From positions 1,733 through 65,732 of the IMG/VR virus record IMGVR_UViG_2881341136_000002: a stretch of 64,000 bases of DNA; one strand, written 5' to 3'. This document shows, piece after piece, positions 63,774 to 64,000 of the stretch; the first letter of the stretch is position 1, and every line of letters begins with the position of its first letter. The stretch is from a virus. The notes below the pieces were generated by a model, which worked only from the letters and a program-made list of their open reading frames with translations, ran no database searches and was not told where the DNA came from. Both the position numbers and the translations under genes were made by a program.

Positions 63774-64000
63774 GTGCAACCTATTTTGCCCTGTTAACCA
63801 ACATCGGCGCCGCCAAATTGGCTAACGCTACCGCGCTGGGTAACCGCCTGAGCATCACCAAAATGGCTGTCGGGGATGGCGGTGGCACACTGCCGACACC
63901 GAACCCAGCACAAACCACACTGATTAGTGAAAAACGACGGGCAGCGCTCAATACCCTAAGTGTTGACCCGAAAAACCCTAGTCAGATTATTGCCGAGCAA
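63770..64000 (+). CDS. H: Tail fibre H (partial)
   Basis: Own translation MSATYFALLTNIGAAKLANATALGNRLSITKMAVGDGGG...IIAEQ. Confidence 0.9.
   Translation, partial: MSATYFALLTNIGAAKLANATALGNRLSITKMAVGDGGGTLPTPNPAQTTLISEKRRAALNTLSVDPKNPSQIIAEQ

Larger units (their letters stand above)
40520..64000. mobile_element. Prophage 2: P2/186-like (right end beyond window)
   Basis: int-repressor-early genes-A-cos-Q P O N M L X lysis R S V W J I H order. Confidence 0.96.

Overview
The window holds two tandem prophages in an enterobacterium, probably Pectobacteriaceae (inferred from the tail-fibre assembly protein and the tRNA sequence). (1) 1-~40464 is a lambdoid-regulated temperate myovirus with its left end outside the window. 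Structural and lysis genes, Q, the nin-like region, replication genes and cro read on the minus strand. cI, an HNH gene, a ~1-kb highly structured non-coding tract, recombination genes, xis and int read on the plus strand. (2) ~40520-64000 is a P2/186-like prophage (int, accessory cluster, repressor switch, dam, gene A, cos, head, lysis, tail up to the start of H), with its right end outside the window. The two integrases converge on a 55-bp 3' fragment of tRNA-Leu(TAA). The most striking unexplained signal is in prophage 1. A motif, GAGGCAAGACCA(A)ATG, sits on the ribosome-binding site of seven early genes in both early operons, often with a second GACCA(A) shortly upstream. One of those genes encodes an unannotated 58-aa protein with a CsrA-like pattern. 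A predicted ~125-nt antisense RNA carries three copies of the complement of GACCAA. Together these suggest a phage-private post-transcriptional regulon. Other highlights are a C4-like RNA and a tRNA-like element in the early-left tract, a structured RNA candidate after the lysis genes, a holE deletion chimera, a TPR-like+HEPN moron, and a defence-like cluster (BRCT, DUF4393/Abi-alpha, small ORF) in the P2-like lysogeny operon. All family assignments come from recognising motifs by eye; no searches were run.
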